A stretch of 64,000 nucleotides of DNA from an uncultured Chloroflexia bacterium (GTDB taxonomy: Bacteria; Chloroflexota; Limnocylindria; Limnocylindrales; CSP1-4): NCBI GenBank assembly GCA_963712745.1, contig CAVQJC010000015.1, forward strand, positions 64,001 to 128,000. Direction: 5' to 3'. The notes under the pieces are model-generated. The model was given only the letters and a program-made list of their open reading frames with translations. It did no database searches and was not told the DNA's origin. Each line of letters starts with the position of its first letter. Position 1 is the stretch's first letter. The position numbers and the translations under genes were made by a program. Below, piece after piece: positions 27,085 to 36,187 of the stretch.

Positions 27085-28326
27085 CTACGGGCAGGTGGCG
27101 AGGCTAGAGCTGTCAGACATGCGTGAGACGAGCCGAAGATCGGTCCAGAGCAGATGGGAGGCCGACTGGTCGCGCTTGGTGTCGGTCACGCGCAACTCGA
27201 GTGGTTCATCGGTCAGGGCGCCGGCTACCGTCCAGAACGAACCACTCACGTCGCAGGCGTCGATGATCTCGACGTAGGCATCACCCGAGCGGTACTCCCA
27301 GAGGTCACCCTCGGTGTCACTGCCCACGAGCGGACCGACCAGCGGCACGGGCGTGGCCTCACCGTCGGCGCGGACCAGCTCGACGCTGAACCGCTCGTCC
27401 ACGATCTGGGGCGGACGGATGGCGCGGTCGTCCTTGATCCAGCCGGATTCGGCGAGGTAGTAGTCCGTACCGAGCGTCTCGAACTCGAAGTCAAGGTGGT
27501 GCACGTTGCCGACCTTGCGCAGCCCGAGGTCCTCGATGATGCCCTGGGGCACGCGGCCGTTCTTGGCCGTCTCGAACGCCCGGCGCACGCGCGCGGTGGT
27601 GACGCTCTTGAGGCGCTTGTCGAGCTTGTCGCGGGGCGGGATCATGCCCTCCTCCCCGGAGAAGACGACGCCCTCCACGCGCCGGGGCGTGCGACCCTCG
27701 GCGATGAGGTACAGCTGGTCATATTCATCGCTATCGTCGATGGCCACGACCGGGGAGCCCTTGCTGATGACCTGCGCCTCGAAATCGGATGCTCTCAGCC
27801 GGCGATAGGCATCCTTGCGCCCAAGCGAGCTCAGGTCGACATCGTCGGTGAAGTCGCCGCCGCGCGCTCCGGCCGCCGTGAAGGTCACGAACCCGGAAAG
27901 GCGGGGAAGACCACCGGTCGGTCCGTCGTCGCAGATGGGCAGAGCCTCAGGCGCCAGGACCGTGCCGACGGGATTGCCCGGCTCGAATGGTGGCAGCACG
28001 ATGTGTTCGGTCCGGCCACTGACGAGCTCGGTGATCCTGAGCGGGACCGCGGCACCGGACAAGCCGGCACCGAAGACCCACATGCGGTCGTTCAAGGCAC
28101 AGCCGTCGATGACCTGGATGGCGAACGGCGCGTCCTCCTCGTCGTAGAAGTGCAGCGTGCCCGGCTCGATGGGATAGAGCAGGTCACCATCAGGCAGCTC
28201 CAGCGTGGCCAGCAGGTCCGGCTCGCCCGAGGCCGCGCCCACAGGAAGAACTACCAGCGCGCACGTCAACACGGCCGAGACGCCGGCTACGAACAGGCGC
28301 TGGAACGCGTGGGACGGTGACTTCAT
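27085..28326 (-). CDS. Secreted hypothetical protein with two copies of an 'ID[GA]C...W...L.L.[IV]T' module
   Basis: Signal peptide; QVIDGCALNDRMWVFGAGLS...LRITE and EIIDACDVSGSFWTVAGALTD..LELRVTD. Confidence 0.7.
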   Translation of the reverse strand: MKSPSHAFQRLFVAGVSAVLTCALVVLPVGAASGEPDLLATLELPDGDLLYPIEPGTLHFYDEEDAPFAIQVIDGCALNDRMWVFGAGLSGAAVPLRITELVSGRTEHIVLPPFEPGNPVGTVLAPEALPICDDGPTGGLPRLSGFVTFTAAGARGGDFTDDVDLSSLGRKDAYRRLRASDFEAQVISKGSPVVAIDDSDEYDQLYLIAEGRTPRRVEGVVFSGEEGMIPPRDKLDKRLKSVTTARVRRAFETAKNGRVPQGIIEDLGLRKVGNVHHLDFEFETLGTDYYLAESGWIKDDRAIRPPQIVDERFSVELVRADGEATPVPLVGPLVGSDTEGDLWEYRSGDAYVEIIDACDVSGSFWTVAGALTDEPLELRVTDTKRDQSASHLLWTDLRLVSRMSDSSSLATCP

Positions 28327-28594
28327 ATGGAGAGGCTATCCATCCTCGTCAACCGGCGCTCGGTATTCGAGATGGAGCGTGCGCCACGACGTGGGGCTCG
28401 TTACGCTTCTCCTCCACATCAGCACACTCCGTCGGTGGTACGGCCGGCGGGGGGACCCGGCGTCGAGATCGATTACCGGCCGAGCCTAGCACCGACCGGC
28501 ACCACGCCGTGGCTCAGTCCTCTGCGGTCACCTGCCGACCCGTCGTGACAGGATAAAGCGCCACTTCGCTCGTCTCGCGCCCTCGGACCCGCGA

Positions 28595-28834
28595 TCAGTC
28601 GGTCGCCGGATCGGCCTGCGGGCGGCTCGACTGTCGTACGCATTCGGCCAGGGCCTCCTCGACGGCCGCGATAGGCTCGATCAGCGTGGCTCGGACATCC
28701 GAGTCGATGGCCAGGCTTGCCAGCCAGGACCGAGCGGCGCGCGCACCCGCCAGCGCCTGCTCCACGTCGACGCCATCGGCCCCTCGATAGCCTTCCCGAA
28801 CGGCTGTCGTGACCCATTGCTGGACCATGTACAT
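28595..28834 (-). CDS. Small helical hypothetical protein
   Basis: 79-aa ORF whose ATG overlaps the upstream stop (TGATG coupling). Confidence 0.5.
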   Translation of the reverse strand: MYMVQQWVTTAVREGYRGADGVDVEQALAGARAARSWLASLAIDSDVRATLIEPIAAVEEALAECVRQSSRPQADPATD

Positions 28835-29634
28835 CAGGCTTGCTCACCCAGCCCAGCCGCGATGCGCTCGAGCCTCCGCTTCTGGAAGACTGCGTTGTCC
28901 TCGTAACACCAGATCCAGCCCTCGTCCATGCGGATCGAGCGCATGAGCGGGTGCCCGACCTGCTCCCAGTGGGCCTTGGCGTGCTTGTTGGTGGAGGTGT
29001 CGCAGCAACCCACGTGGCCACAGGAGAGGCACATGCGCAAGGCCGGCCAGATCTCCCCTGGGCCGCAGTCGTCACATGTCGTGGCTGCGGTGCTGACCAC
29101 GCGGATATCGCCGAGATGCGAACAGGGCTTGTCCGCGACCTGGCCGGTGAACAGGACCTTGACCAGGAAGTCATCGAAGACCACGGGGTGTGGCGTCGGC
29201 AGGTGCATCTGGTCGGGCGGGTTGACCAGGCCCAGCGAACGCAGGATGGCCAGGGCCCCGGGCGTATCGATGGCCGCCTCGAACGCGAAGCGATCGTCGA
29301 CCGAACGGATGCGCACCGGGATGCGGAACTCGTGGGACTCGCCTGAAGGCGCGGCACCCCAGAGCTCGCCTGTCCACGTGCCACCGATGACGACCTCGCC
29401 TTCGATGACGTCGTCGTGCAAGACCCGCGGCCCGACCAGGGCCACACGCAGGTCGGGAGCGGCAACTTTGAGCTCGGCAGCGAAGCCGCGGTAGACCTCG
29501 GTCGCGGTCGGCTCGTCGTCGACCGGGACGTGGACGTAGAACTGCGGAGCGACCAACTCATCGATCGCGCCCAGGTCTCCATCCCCGTAGCGCGTCAGCA
29601 ATCCTCCGATGCGTGCGATCCGTTCGTCGGTCAT
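28834..29634 (-). CDS. SnoaL/ester-cyclase-like domain fused to a UBP-type zinc finger
   Basis: GDLGAIDELVAP..., A.PDL, GTWTGELWGAAPSG; CSHL, CDDC, LRMCLSCGHVGCCD, HAKAH, W.WCY; GAGGAGG RBS. Confidence 0.8.
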   Translation of the reverse strand: MTDERIARIGGLLTRYGDGDLGAIDELVAPQFYVHVPVDDEPTATEVYRGFAAELKVAAPDLRVALVGPRVLHDDVIEGEVVIGGTWTGELWGAAPSGESHEFRIPVRIRSVDDRFAFEAAIDTPGALAILRSLGLVNPPDQMHLPTPHPVVFDDFLVKVLFTGQVADKPCSHLGDIRVVSTAATTCDDCGPGEIWPALRMCLSCGHVGCCDTSTNKHAKAHWEQVGHPLMRSIRMDEGWIWCYEDNAVFQKRRLERIAAGLGEQA

Positions 29635-29668
29635 GCGTCCCTCCTCTGTCTCGGTCGGCCCCGCTCGT

Positions 29669-31279
29669 TCAGGACAGCGCCGATGTGATGGCTGATGAGG
29701 ACTTGCGGCCACGCAGGAACCAGGTGTGCGTGGGCCCCATGCCCTTGAGGTCGACCACGCCCCGCGGCTCGAACTCGAAGCGGTCGGCAAGCCGGCTCTG
29801 CACCGAGTCGGTGACCTGGATGCGCTCGGGCAGGCCGTGGGCCTCGAGGCGGCTGGCCGTGTTGACGGTGTCCCCCCAGACGTCGTAGATGAACTTCTTG
29901 GCGCCGATGACCCCGGCCACGGCCGGGCCGGCGTGGAGGCCGATGCGCATACGGATGGGATGCGACTCCGTACGCGCCTCGAGGATGTCGTTCAGGTCGA
30001 GTGCCAGCGAGGCCACGCGCGCAAGGTGGTCGTCGGCGTGAGGCGGCAGTCCGCCCACCAACATGTAGGCATCGCCGATGGTCTTGATCTTCTCGAGCTC
30101 GTAACGCTCGACCAGCTCATCGAGGTGGCGGAACAGTTCGTCGAGCAGGTCGATGACGCGCTCCGGCGGCAGGTCGCTCGACATCTGCGTGAACCCGACG
30201 ATATCGGCGAACAGGAGCGAGAGGTCCTCGTGGCGGTCGGCGATGACGGTCTCGCCGTCGCGCAGTCGCTTTGCGATGGGCGCGGGGAGGATGTTGAGCA
30301 GGAGCTTCTCGTTCTCCGCGTGGGCAGCCTCTACCTGTCGGGCCGCGGTGATGTCGGTGGCATAGAGGTTGATGAAGCCGAACTCGAACGCGGCCACGGC
30401 GGTCATGCGATAGAGACGTCCGCCGGTCTCGATCTCGAAGCAACACTGGCCCTGCGCGATCTCTGAGCGGATGGGATCCATCAGGACGGGCGGCACCGGC
30501 TCGCCCTCCACCAGCCCGAAGCCCTCGCTGATGTGTTCGCTGGCTGGATTGGCGAAGAGCAGGACTCCGTCGCGCGACACGCGGATGACCGGGTTGGGGT
30601 TCTGCATCGGGAACCGACGTAGGGCTCGAAGTGCCGTCACGTCGGTGGCGTAGATGTTGACGAAGCCCATCTCCGGGATGACCACGCAGGTCAGCTCGAA
30701 CCAGCGGCCGTCGCCCTGGACCGCGACCTTGTGGGCGACACCCGGCTCCTCGGCAGCCTGCAGGTCCGTCCATAGCTGGATCGGCAACGGCTCATCCTGG
30801 CGCAGATCGAGAGCAGTCACGATGGGCGCGCTGGCGGCGTTGGCATAGAGCAGCACGCCCTCTGTCGAGACCCGCAGGACCGGGCTCGGATTGCGCTCCG
30901 GAAATCGCTCGACGGCCTTGGCAGCCGTGACGTCGGTGGCGTAGACGTTGACGAAACCGAACTCGGGCGATGCCACTGACTTGAAGCGGAAGGTGCGGTG
31001 ACCGATCTCGACCTCGGCGAGCGGGTTCTGGGCGTCACCAAGAGCCTCGCGGAGCGGGCGGAGCAGGGTATCGGGCAGCACCTGGCCCTCGGACACACCG
31101 AGGGCACCGACGAGCGCCGCACTGGCCGGGTTGGCGTAGATGAGCGTGCCCGCCTCATCCGTACGCAGCACCGGGTTGGGGTTCTGGTCGGGAAAGTGCT
31201 CGGCCGCCTCCAGTCGTCTGCGCACGCGCTCGTCGTGGGCGGCGTGATGGTCGTGGTCTTCCCGCGTCTGGTCGGCCAT
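29669..31279 (-). CDS. Adenylate cyclase (class III) with three tandem PAS-like domains
   Basis: FPxxNP.PV.R repeats at exactly 97-aa period; LLNILP..IA.RL, FADIVGFT, EKIKTIGDAYM, YDVWGDTVNTASRLE. Confidence 0.92.
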   Translation of the reverse strand: MADQTREDHDHHAAHDERVRRRLEAAEHFPDQNPNPVLRTDEAGTLIYANPASAALVGALGVSEGQVLPDTLLRPLREALGDAQNPLAEVEIGHRTFRFKSVASPEFGFVNVYATDVTAAKAVERFPERNPSPVLRVSTEGVLLYANAASAPIVTALDLRQDEPLPIQLWTDLQAAEEPGVAHKVAVQGDGRWFELTCVVIPEMGFVNIYATDVTALRALRRFPMQNPNPVIRVSRDGVLLFANPASEHISEGFGLVEGEPVPPVLMDPIRSEIAQGQCCFEIETGGRLYRMTAVAAFEFGFINLYATDITAARQVEAAHAENEKLLLNILPAPIAKRLRDGETVIADRHEDLSLLFADIVGFTQMSSDLPPERVIDLLDELFRHLDELVERYELEKIKTIGDAYMLVGGLPPHADDHLARVASLALDLNDILEARTESHPIRMRIGLHAGPAVAGVIGAKKFIYDVWGDTVNTASRLEAHGLPERIQVTDSVQSRLADRFEFEPRGVVDLKGMGPTHTWFLRGRKSSSAITSALS

Positions 31280-31471
31280 GGGCCTGGGTCCCTCTGCCTG
31301 CGCCCCCCGCGTCGGCAGCAAGTGTGCGGCCCTGCCCGGCGTGGGTCAACCGCCTCCGAGGAAGTCGACGAGCGCGAGCGTCACGACGGACTCCTGGCAT
31401 GGACGTCCGCTGGGAACCCTTGGCTGATCGCACCCGACCCGGCATTTGACCCACCCGCCTACCATGCGCCG

Positions 31472-32722
31472 ATGGATGCAGTCATCGTGGGGGCGGGACA
31501 TGCGGGGTTGGCCGCGAGCCATCAGCTCGCCGGACGAGGAGTGGAGCACGTCGTGCTGGAGCGCGACAGGATCGGCGGGTCGTGGCTGGGGCAGCGCTGG
31601 GACTCATTCACCCTGAACACGCCTTCATGGATGAATCGCCTGCCGGGAGAGGGCGATGGGGAACTGGCCGAGCCACTCGACGGGTTCATCGGCCACGGCG
31701 AGCTCGTCGACCGCCTTGAGCGCTACGCGCGAGACTGGGAGCTGCCGGTGCGCGAAGGCGTGGAAGTCGCACGCATCGAGCAGGTCGACACCACCGGCCG
31801 CTTCCGGGTCCACACGTCCGGCGACGCGGAGCCGTTCATCGACTGCCGCTCGGTGGTCGTGGCCTCAGGCATCCAGAACGTACCCAGGATACCGCCGGTC
31901 AGCGAGGCTCTGCCGCGATCGGTGCTGCAGCTTGCCGCGCTCGAATATCGGCGCGCTGCCGACCTCCCGCCGGGCACCATCCTGGTCGTGGGTGCGGGTC
32001 AGACCGGCGGCCAGCTCGTGGAGGACCTGCTGGCCGCCGGACGCGAGGTCTACTGGTCCGTGAGCGCGGTCGCGCGCATCCCGCGCCGCTACCGAGGCCG
32101 AGACATCCTCGAATGGCTCGACGATGCCGGCTTCTTCGAGGCGCCGACCGAATCCATCACGGACCCGGCTGAGTTGCGGGCGACGATGCCGATCATCTCC
32201 GGCCTCGGGCGCCACGGCCACACCCTCAGCCTGCAGTGGCTGGCCGCCAGGGGCGCCAGGCTCATCGGGCGCATCACCGACGTGCACGGGTCCGTGCTGA
32301 TGCTGGACGACACGGTCGAGGCCTGCATCCGTTTCGCTGACGCACGATCGGCCGAGGCATGCGCCCAGATCGACAAGGGCATCCTCGCGGCCGGCGCCGA
32401 GCTGCCACCCCTGGAGGAGGACGAGGCGGACCGGCCCTTCAGCGGTTTCGATGGACTACGCACTCCCGACCAGCTCGAGCTCGAGCGCGCCGGCATAAGC
32501 ACGGTCATCTGGGCCACCGGTGTGACCGGTGATTTCGGCTATCTGCCCGAGGGGGCGACCGCTGATGGGCAACCCCGACACACGCGTGGCGAGAGCGAGG
32601 TCGAGGGCATCGACTTCATCGGCCTGCCCTGGCTCACACGCCGCAGCTCGGGCATCATCGCGGGCATCGTCAAGGACGCCGAACTTGTCGGCGCCAGGGT
32701 GGCCCACCGCATCGACGCGTAG
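31472..32722 (+). CDS. Flavin-containing monooxygenase (CzcO-like)
   Basis: IVGAGHAGL, RWDSFTLNTP, VVGAGQTGGQ, VIWATG, FIGLPW. Confidence 0.85.
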   Translation: MDAVIVGAGHAGLAASHQLAGRGVEHVVLERDRIGGSWLGQRWDSFTLNTPSWMNRLPGEGDGELAEPLDGFIGHGELVDRLERYARDWELPVREGVEVARIEQVDTTGRFRVHTSGDAEPFIDCRSVVVASGIQNVPRIPPVSEALPRSVLQLAALEYRRAADLPPGTILVVGAGQTGGQLVEDLLAAGREVYWSVSAVARIPRRYRGRDILEWLDDAGFFEAPTESITDPAELRATMPIISGLGRHGHTLSLQWLAARGARLIGRITDVHGSVLMLDDTVEACIRFADARSAEACAQIDKGILAAGAELPPLEEDEADRPFSGFDGLRTPDQLELERAGISTVIWATGVTGDFGYLPEGATADGQPRHTRGESEVEGIDFIGLPWLTRRSSGIIAGIVKDAELVGARVAHRIDA

Positions 32723-32760
32723 GGGTAGCGCATGCCGGGGGCCAGCCTGTACCGCCGTGG

Positions 32761-32940
32761 ATGTGGAAGACCAAGCCGCTCGGCGAGCTTCGGAACCAAG
32801 TCATGCACCCTGTGACGCACCCGGCGCGCAAGCCCCACGACAAGGTGGAGCTGACGAGCAACATCGACAACGCTATCGAGATCGTCGAGGCCGCCGTCAG
32901 CGCGCTGCGCAAGAAGTACCCGTCCGTCGACTCGAAGTGA
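32761..32940 (+). pseudogene. Possible 3' remnant of a HEPN-like gene (59 codons)
   Basis: MWKTKPLGELRNQVMHPV... carries R-x4-H; stop lies 2 nt before the next ATG. Confidence 0.35.
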
Positions 32941-32942
32941 CG

Positions 32943-33737
32943 ATGGCCGGGGGTGCATTCGAAATCATCGCGCCCGCGGGTCTGCGGTCGCCGCTGGTGG
33001 CTCATCTGCCCCACGCCTCCACCGTCATCCCCGACGAGGTCAGAGCTGAGTTCCTGATCCCACACGCAGCCCTGTCCGACGAACTCCTGCGTCTGACCGA
33101 CTGGTACACCGATGAGCTGTTCGCGGGGCTGAGCGAGCTGGGTGCGACGACGTTCGTCAACCGACGGTCACGGCTGGTGTTCGACCCCGAGCGTTTCCTC
33201 GACGACAAAGTCGAGCCCATGGCGGCACGCGGGCAGGGCGTGGTCTACTGGCTCGGATCGCAGCTGCAGCTCTTGCGTGAGGCGTCGAGCTCGCTACGAG
33301 CGCGGCGGGTGGAGGAGCTGTACCGGCCGTACCACGCCGCGCTCGACTCGGTGGTCGGCGAGATGCTGGCCGAGTTCGGGCAGTGCACGGTCATCGATTG
33401 CCACTCCTTCCCGTCGCTGCCTCTTCGCAGTGAGATCGACCAGTCGTCCGACCGTCCCGACATCTGTATCGGCACCGACGAGACGCACACGCCGCCGGAA
33501 CTGGCCTCCGCCCTTGAGGCGGCGTTCACGGCCGAGGGCTTCCGCGTCGGGCGGGACTGGCCATTCAGCGGCACGTTCGTCCCGAGCGGCTTCTACGGCC
33601 GCGACGCCCGAGTCCGCTCGGTCATGATCGAAGTGCGTCGTGATCTCTACCTGGACGAGTCGACCGCCGAGCGCCTGCCCGGCCTGGACATGGTCGCGGC
33701 CGCCATCGGCCGCGCTGTCGCTGCAGGCCTGGGGTAG
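32943..33737 (+). CDS. N-formylglutamate amidohydrolase family (HutG-like)
   Basis: HLPHAS, TDWYTDELF, SRLVFDPERF, YRPYHAAL, IDCHSFP, RPDICIGTD, MIEVRRDLY. Confidence 0.88.
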   Translation: MAGGAFEIIAPAGLRSPLVAHLPHASTVIPDEVRAEFLIPHAALSDELLRLTDWYTDELFAGLSELGATTFVNRRSRLVFDPERFLDDKVEPMAARGQGVVYWLGSQLQLLREASSSLRARRVEELYRPYHAALDSVVGEMLAEFGQCTVIDCHSFPSLPLRSEIDQSSDRPDICIGTDETHTPPELASALEAAFTAEGFRVGRDWPFSGTFVPSGFYGRDARVRSVMIEVRRDLYLDESTAERLPGLDMVAAAIGRAVAAGLG

Positions 33738-33772
33738 CGGCGGATGCTTCGCGGTGTCGGAGAGAGCGGGGC

Positions 33773-34507
33773 CTAGCCTTTGCTCGGCGGGTCCGGCCAG
33801 GAGCCGTCGAAGATGACCTCCTCGCGCGGAAGGCGGGCCCTGCCGGGTGTGGACTTGGGCGCGATGGCGTCCTCGGTGGGATGTCCGATGGCCACGATCG
33901 TCCGCACCGACCGGTTCGAGGGCAGTCCGAGCACCCTGTTGATACCGCTGCGCACGTCGGGACGGACCCGGGAGATGCCCCCACCCAGGCCCAGCATGTT
34001 GACGGCGATAAGGATGCGCTCGGCGGCGCGGCCGTCATCGAAGGCTCGGGAGAGCTCCCGCTCGGGCTCGTCGGGCACGATGATGGCGATGGCGACGTTC
34101 GCCGTCGGCAGGCCTCGCGTCTGGGGCAGTCCCAGCTCGGCCACCTTGCGGATGGTCGCCTGATCGCGCAACGTGATGAAGCGACAGGGCTGTTCGTTGC
34201 GGCTGCTACCCGACCAGCGGGCGACCTCGGTGATCGCCTCCAGCTCGGCATTCGTGACCCGCTTGCCGGTGAATGCGCGCATCTGCCGGACGCGGATGAG
34301 CGGCTTGACCGTATCGAGTGGACTCAGGTCCGCTGCGGCATGCGCCGGCTGGGCGGCAGCCTTGGGCTTGGCGGCGCCCTCCAGCTTGGCGGCACTCTTC
34401 GGCTTGGCCGCCGGCGTGGCACTCGGCTTGGACTTGGATGCGCGCTTCGCAGCCTTGGCAGGCGCCTTCGGCTTGGCGGTCTTGCTGGTGGTGGACTTGG
34501 TGGGCAT
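33773..34507 (-). CDS. Nitroreductase family protein with Lys/Ala/Pro-rich N-terminal extension
   Basis: R..R.FT, ARWSGSSRNEQP.RF, FDDGRAAE, LGLGG, VAIGHP; AAGGAG RBS. Confidence 0.85.
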   Translation of the reverse strand: MPTKSTTSKTAKPKAPAKAAKRASKSKPSATPAAKPKSAAKLEGAAKPKAAAQPAHAAADLSPLDTVKPLIRVRQMRAFTGKRVTNAELEAITEVARWSGSSRNEQPCRFITLRDQATIRKVAELGLPQTRGLPTANVAIAIIVPDEPERELSRAFDDGRAAERILIAVNMLGLGGGISRVRPDVRSGINRVLGLPSNRSVRTIVAIGHPTEDAIAPKSTPGRARLPREEVIFDGSWPDPPSKG

Positions 34508-34805
34508 CGAGGGCTCCTTTCGGGAGCGCGGGCAGGAGCAGGCGCGAGGGTATGGCCGGGGGCCCCAATCGTGACACAGCGCGGGCATGCCGATGGTGCG
34601 AGAACGCCCCACATTAGCGCCGAGGCACCGCCGCGAGGGCACAGGAACGGCGGGCAAACCACCCCCGGACGGCTGGAGGGGACCCCCGGTCGGCCTACGG
34701 GGGGCGGACCTTCGGGCCCGTGGTGCAGTCGAAGGAGCAGCGGTGTACTCGGGCTACGTGTCCGGCACCCTCGCCGGCGCCGAGCCTGTTTCCTGCGAGG
34801 AGTGG

Positions 34806-35615
34806 ATGATGACGAACCCAACCATCGTTTCCGGCGCCGTTTCGACCGTGTCCGAACTCGGCAAGGACGAGGGCTGGATGCAGGGTTGGCTCAGTGACGA
34901 CCCGGCGCGCCTCGGACTGGGCGATCTGGAGGTCACCGACGGGGCGGCCGATGACGAGGAGCACACCTTCGTGGCGACCGATGACGAACGCTGCTTCAGT
35001 GTTGACGTCCAGCTCGGGGAGATGGAGGCGTCTCGCGGCTTCGCAGTGCTCGACAACTGGGCCCGCAACCGCGTCCTCCACCCGGACAAGGAACACGTCG
35101 CGGTACTGGTGACCGAGGCTGTGAGTGACCGCTACCGGACCACGCTCACGACCCTCGCCGAGCACCTGCCGCTGGTGGTCATCGAACTGCAGGTGTGGAA
35201 AGGTGAGAACGAGGCCATCGTGGTCCCGCATGTCGCGCTCTCGAGCGACGACGTGGACCTCAGCGATACGCCGGCGGCCAAGGCAGCCGGGGCGTCGGCC
35301 AGGGCCACGGCCGCGTCCGAGCCGGAGCTTGACGCGGAGTCAGAGGCCGAGTTCGAGACGCACGCCGCAGACGACGGCTCTCCGACGGTGTCCGAGGACG
35401 AGCCATTGGCCGCCCAGAGCGAGGACGAGGAAGGCGACGCAGAGGAAAGCGACGCAGATGAAGGAGGAGCCGACGACGAGCTCGTCGCGGAGTCGCCCGA
35501 TGATAAGGACGACACCGGCGTGGGTAACCCCTGGGGCCTGCCCCAGGCGGAAGACGAGGGCTCGATCCAGGCGAGCGACAACGGCTCGACCGGCCTGTTG
35601 ACGAAGATCAGCTAG
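34806..35615 (+). CDS. NucS/PD-(D/E)XK-like domain (apparently degenerate) with acidic disordered tail
   Basis: E.WMQ.W...DP..LGLGDL, V[D]VQLG, W......P...HVAVLVTE, PLVVIELQ; GAGGAG RBS. Confidence 0.6.
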   Translation: MMTNPTIVSGAVSTVSELGKDEGWMQGWLSDDPARLGLGDLEVTDGAADDEEHTFVATDDERCFSVDVQLGEMEASRGFAVLDNWARNRVLHPDKEHVAVLVTEAVSDRYRTTLTTLAEHLPLVVIELQVWKGENEAIVVPHVALSSDDVDLSDTPAAKAAGASARATAASEPELDAESEAEFETHAADDGSPTVSEDEPLAAQSEDEEGDAEESDADEGGADDELVAESPDDKDDTGVGNPWGLPQAEDEGSIQASDNGSTGLLTKIS

Positions 35616-35651
35616 GAGGTTCGCGCCGAACCCTCGACGCCCTTCACGAGC

Positions 35652-35680
35652 AAGGCCCGGGCCGGGATCGCCCGGGCCTT
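35652..35680. terminator. Bidirectional intrinsic terminator-like hairpin
   Basis: AAGGCCCGGGC-CGGGATC-GCCCGGGCCTT between convergent genes. Confidence 0.7.
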
Positions 35681-35693
35681 CCTGTGCGTCGGC

Positions 35694-35954
35694 CTAGTCG
35701 GGCGTCTTGGACTTGTTCATGCGGGCTGCGACGGCCTCGCCGATATAGGTCCCGTAGTGCTCCGGGACATCGGTCGTGGTGCCGTCTGCGACGGGGATGA
35801 TGGCCGGAGCACCGGGGTTCGGCGTCCAGGCCGCAAGGTCATCGGCGACCAATCCGGCGATGTAGTCAGAGAGCGTGCGGCCCTGCTCGGCGGCTCGCCG
35901 ACGGGCGCGTCGTCGTTGCTCCCGATCCAGGATCACCTGTACCGGCCGTTCCAT
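35694..35954 (-). CDS. Ribbon-helix-helix (CopG-like) antitoxin-type protein
   Basis: VQVILD....RRARRRAAEQGRTLSDYIAGLV; 86 aa. Confidence 0.6.
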   Translation of the reverse strand: MERPVQVILDREQRRRARRRAAEQGRTLSDYIAGLVADDLAAWTPNPGAPAIIPVADGTTTDVPEHYGTYIGEAVAARMNKSKTPD

Positions 35955-36187
35955 AGTGTTGACAGGATGCACCGCCGCGGGCCCCACGGCAACCCCCCGT
36001 CGCAGCCGGCCCCGGCAGTGCGACTGCGAACGGGCTGGGGCCAACTGGGCGTCGCGGTCGGGATTCCGAGGAGCTTCGAAGCCTTGATCATCCGCTCGTC
36101 GTATGTCACGACCACATCCAGGGCCACGGACTCCCGCTCGTTCACGATGAGCTTCAAGAAGGCCGAGCTGTCCAGGTAGACCGCGCT
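35933..36187 (-). pseudogene. vapC: VapC/PIN toxin remnant with internal deletion and no start codon
   Basis: SAVYLDSSAFLKLIVNERESVAL joined directly to DVVVTYDERMIKASKLLGIPTATP. Confidence 0.75.

Noticed and set aside
34640-34720. c-di-GMP-I riboswitch (GGGCAAACC...GGGAC...GGCCTA resemblance)
   Set aside because: Lacks the GNRA-capped P2 and the conserved GCAAA segment; cannot be supported without an Rfam cmscan
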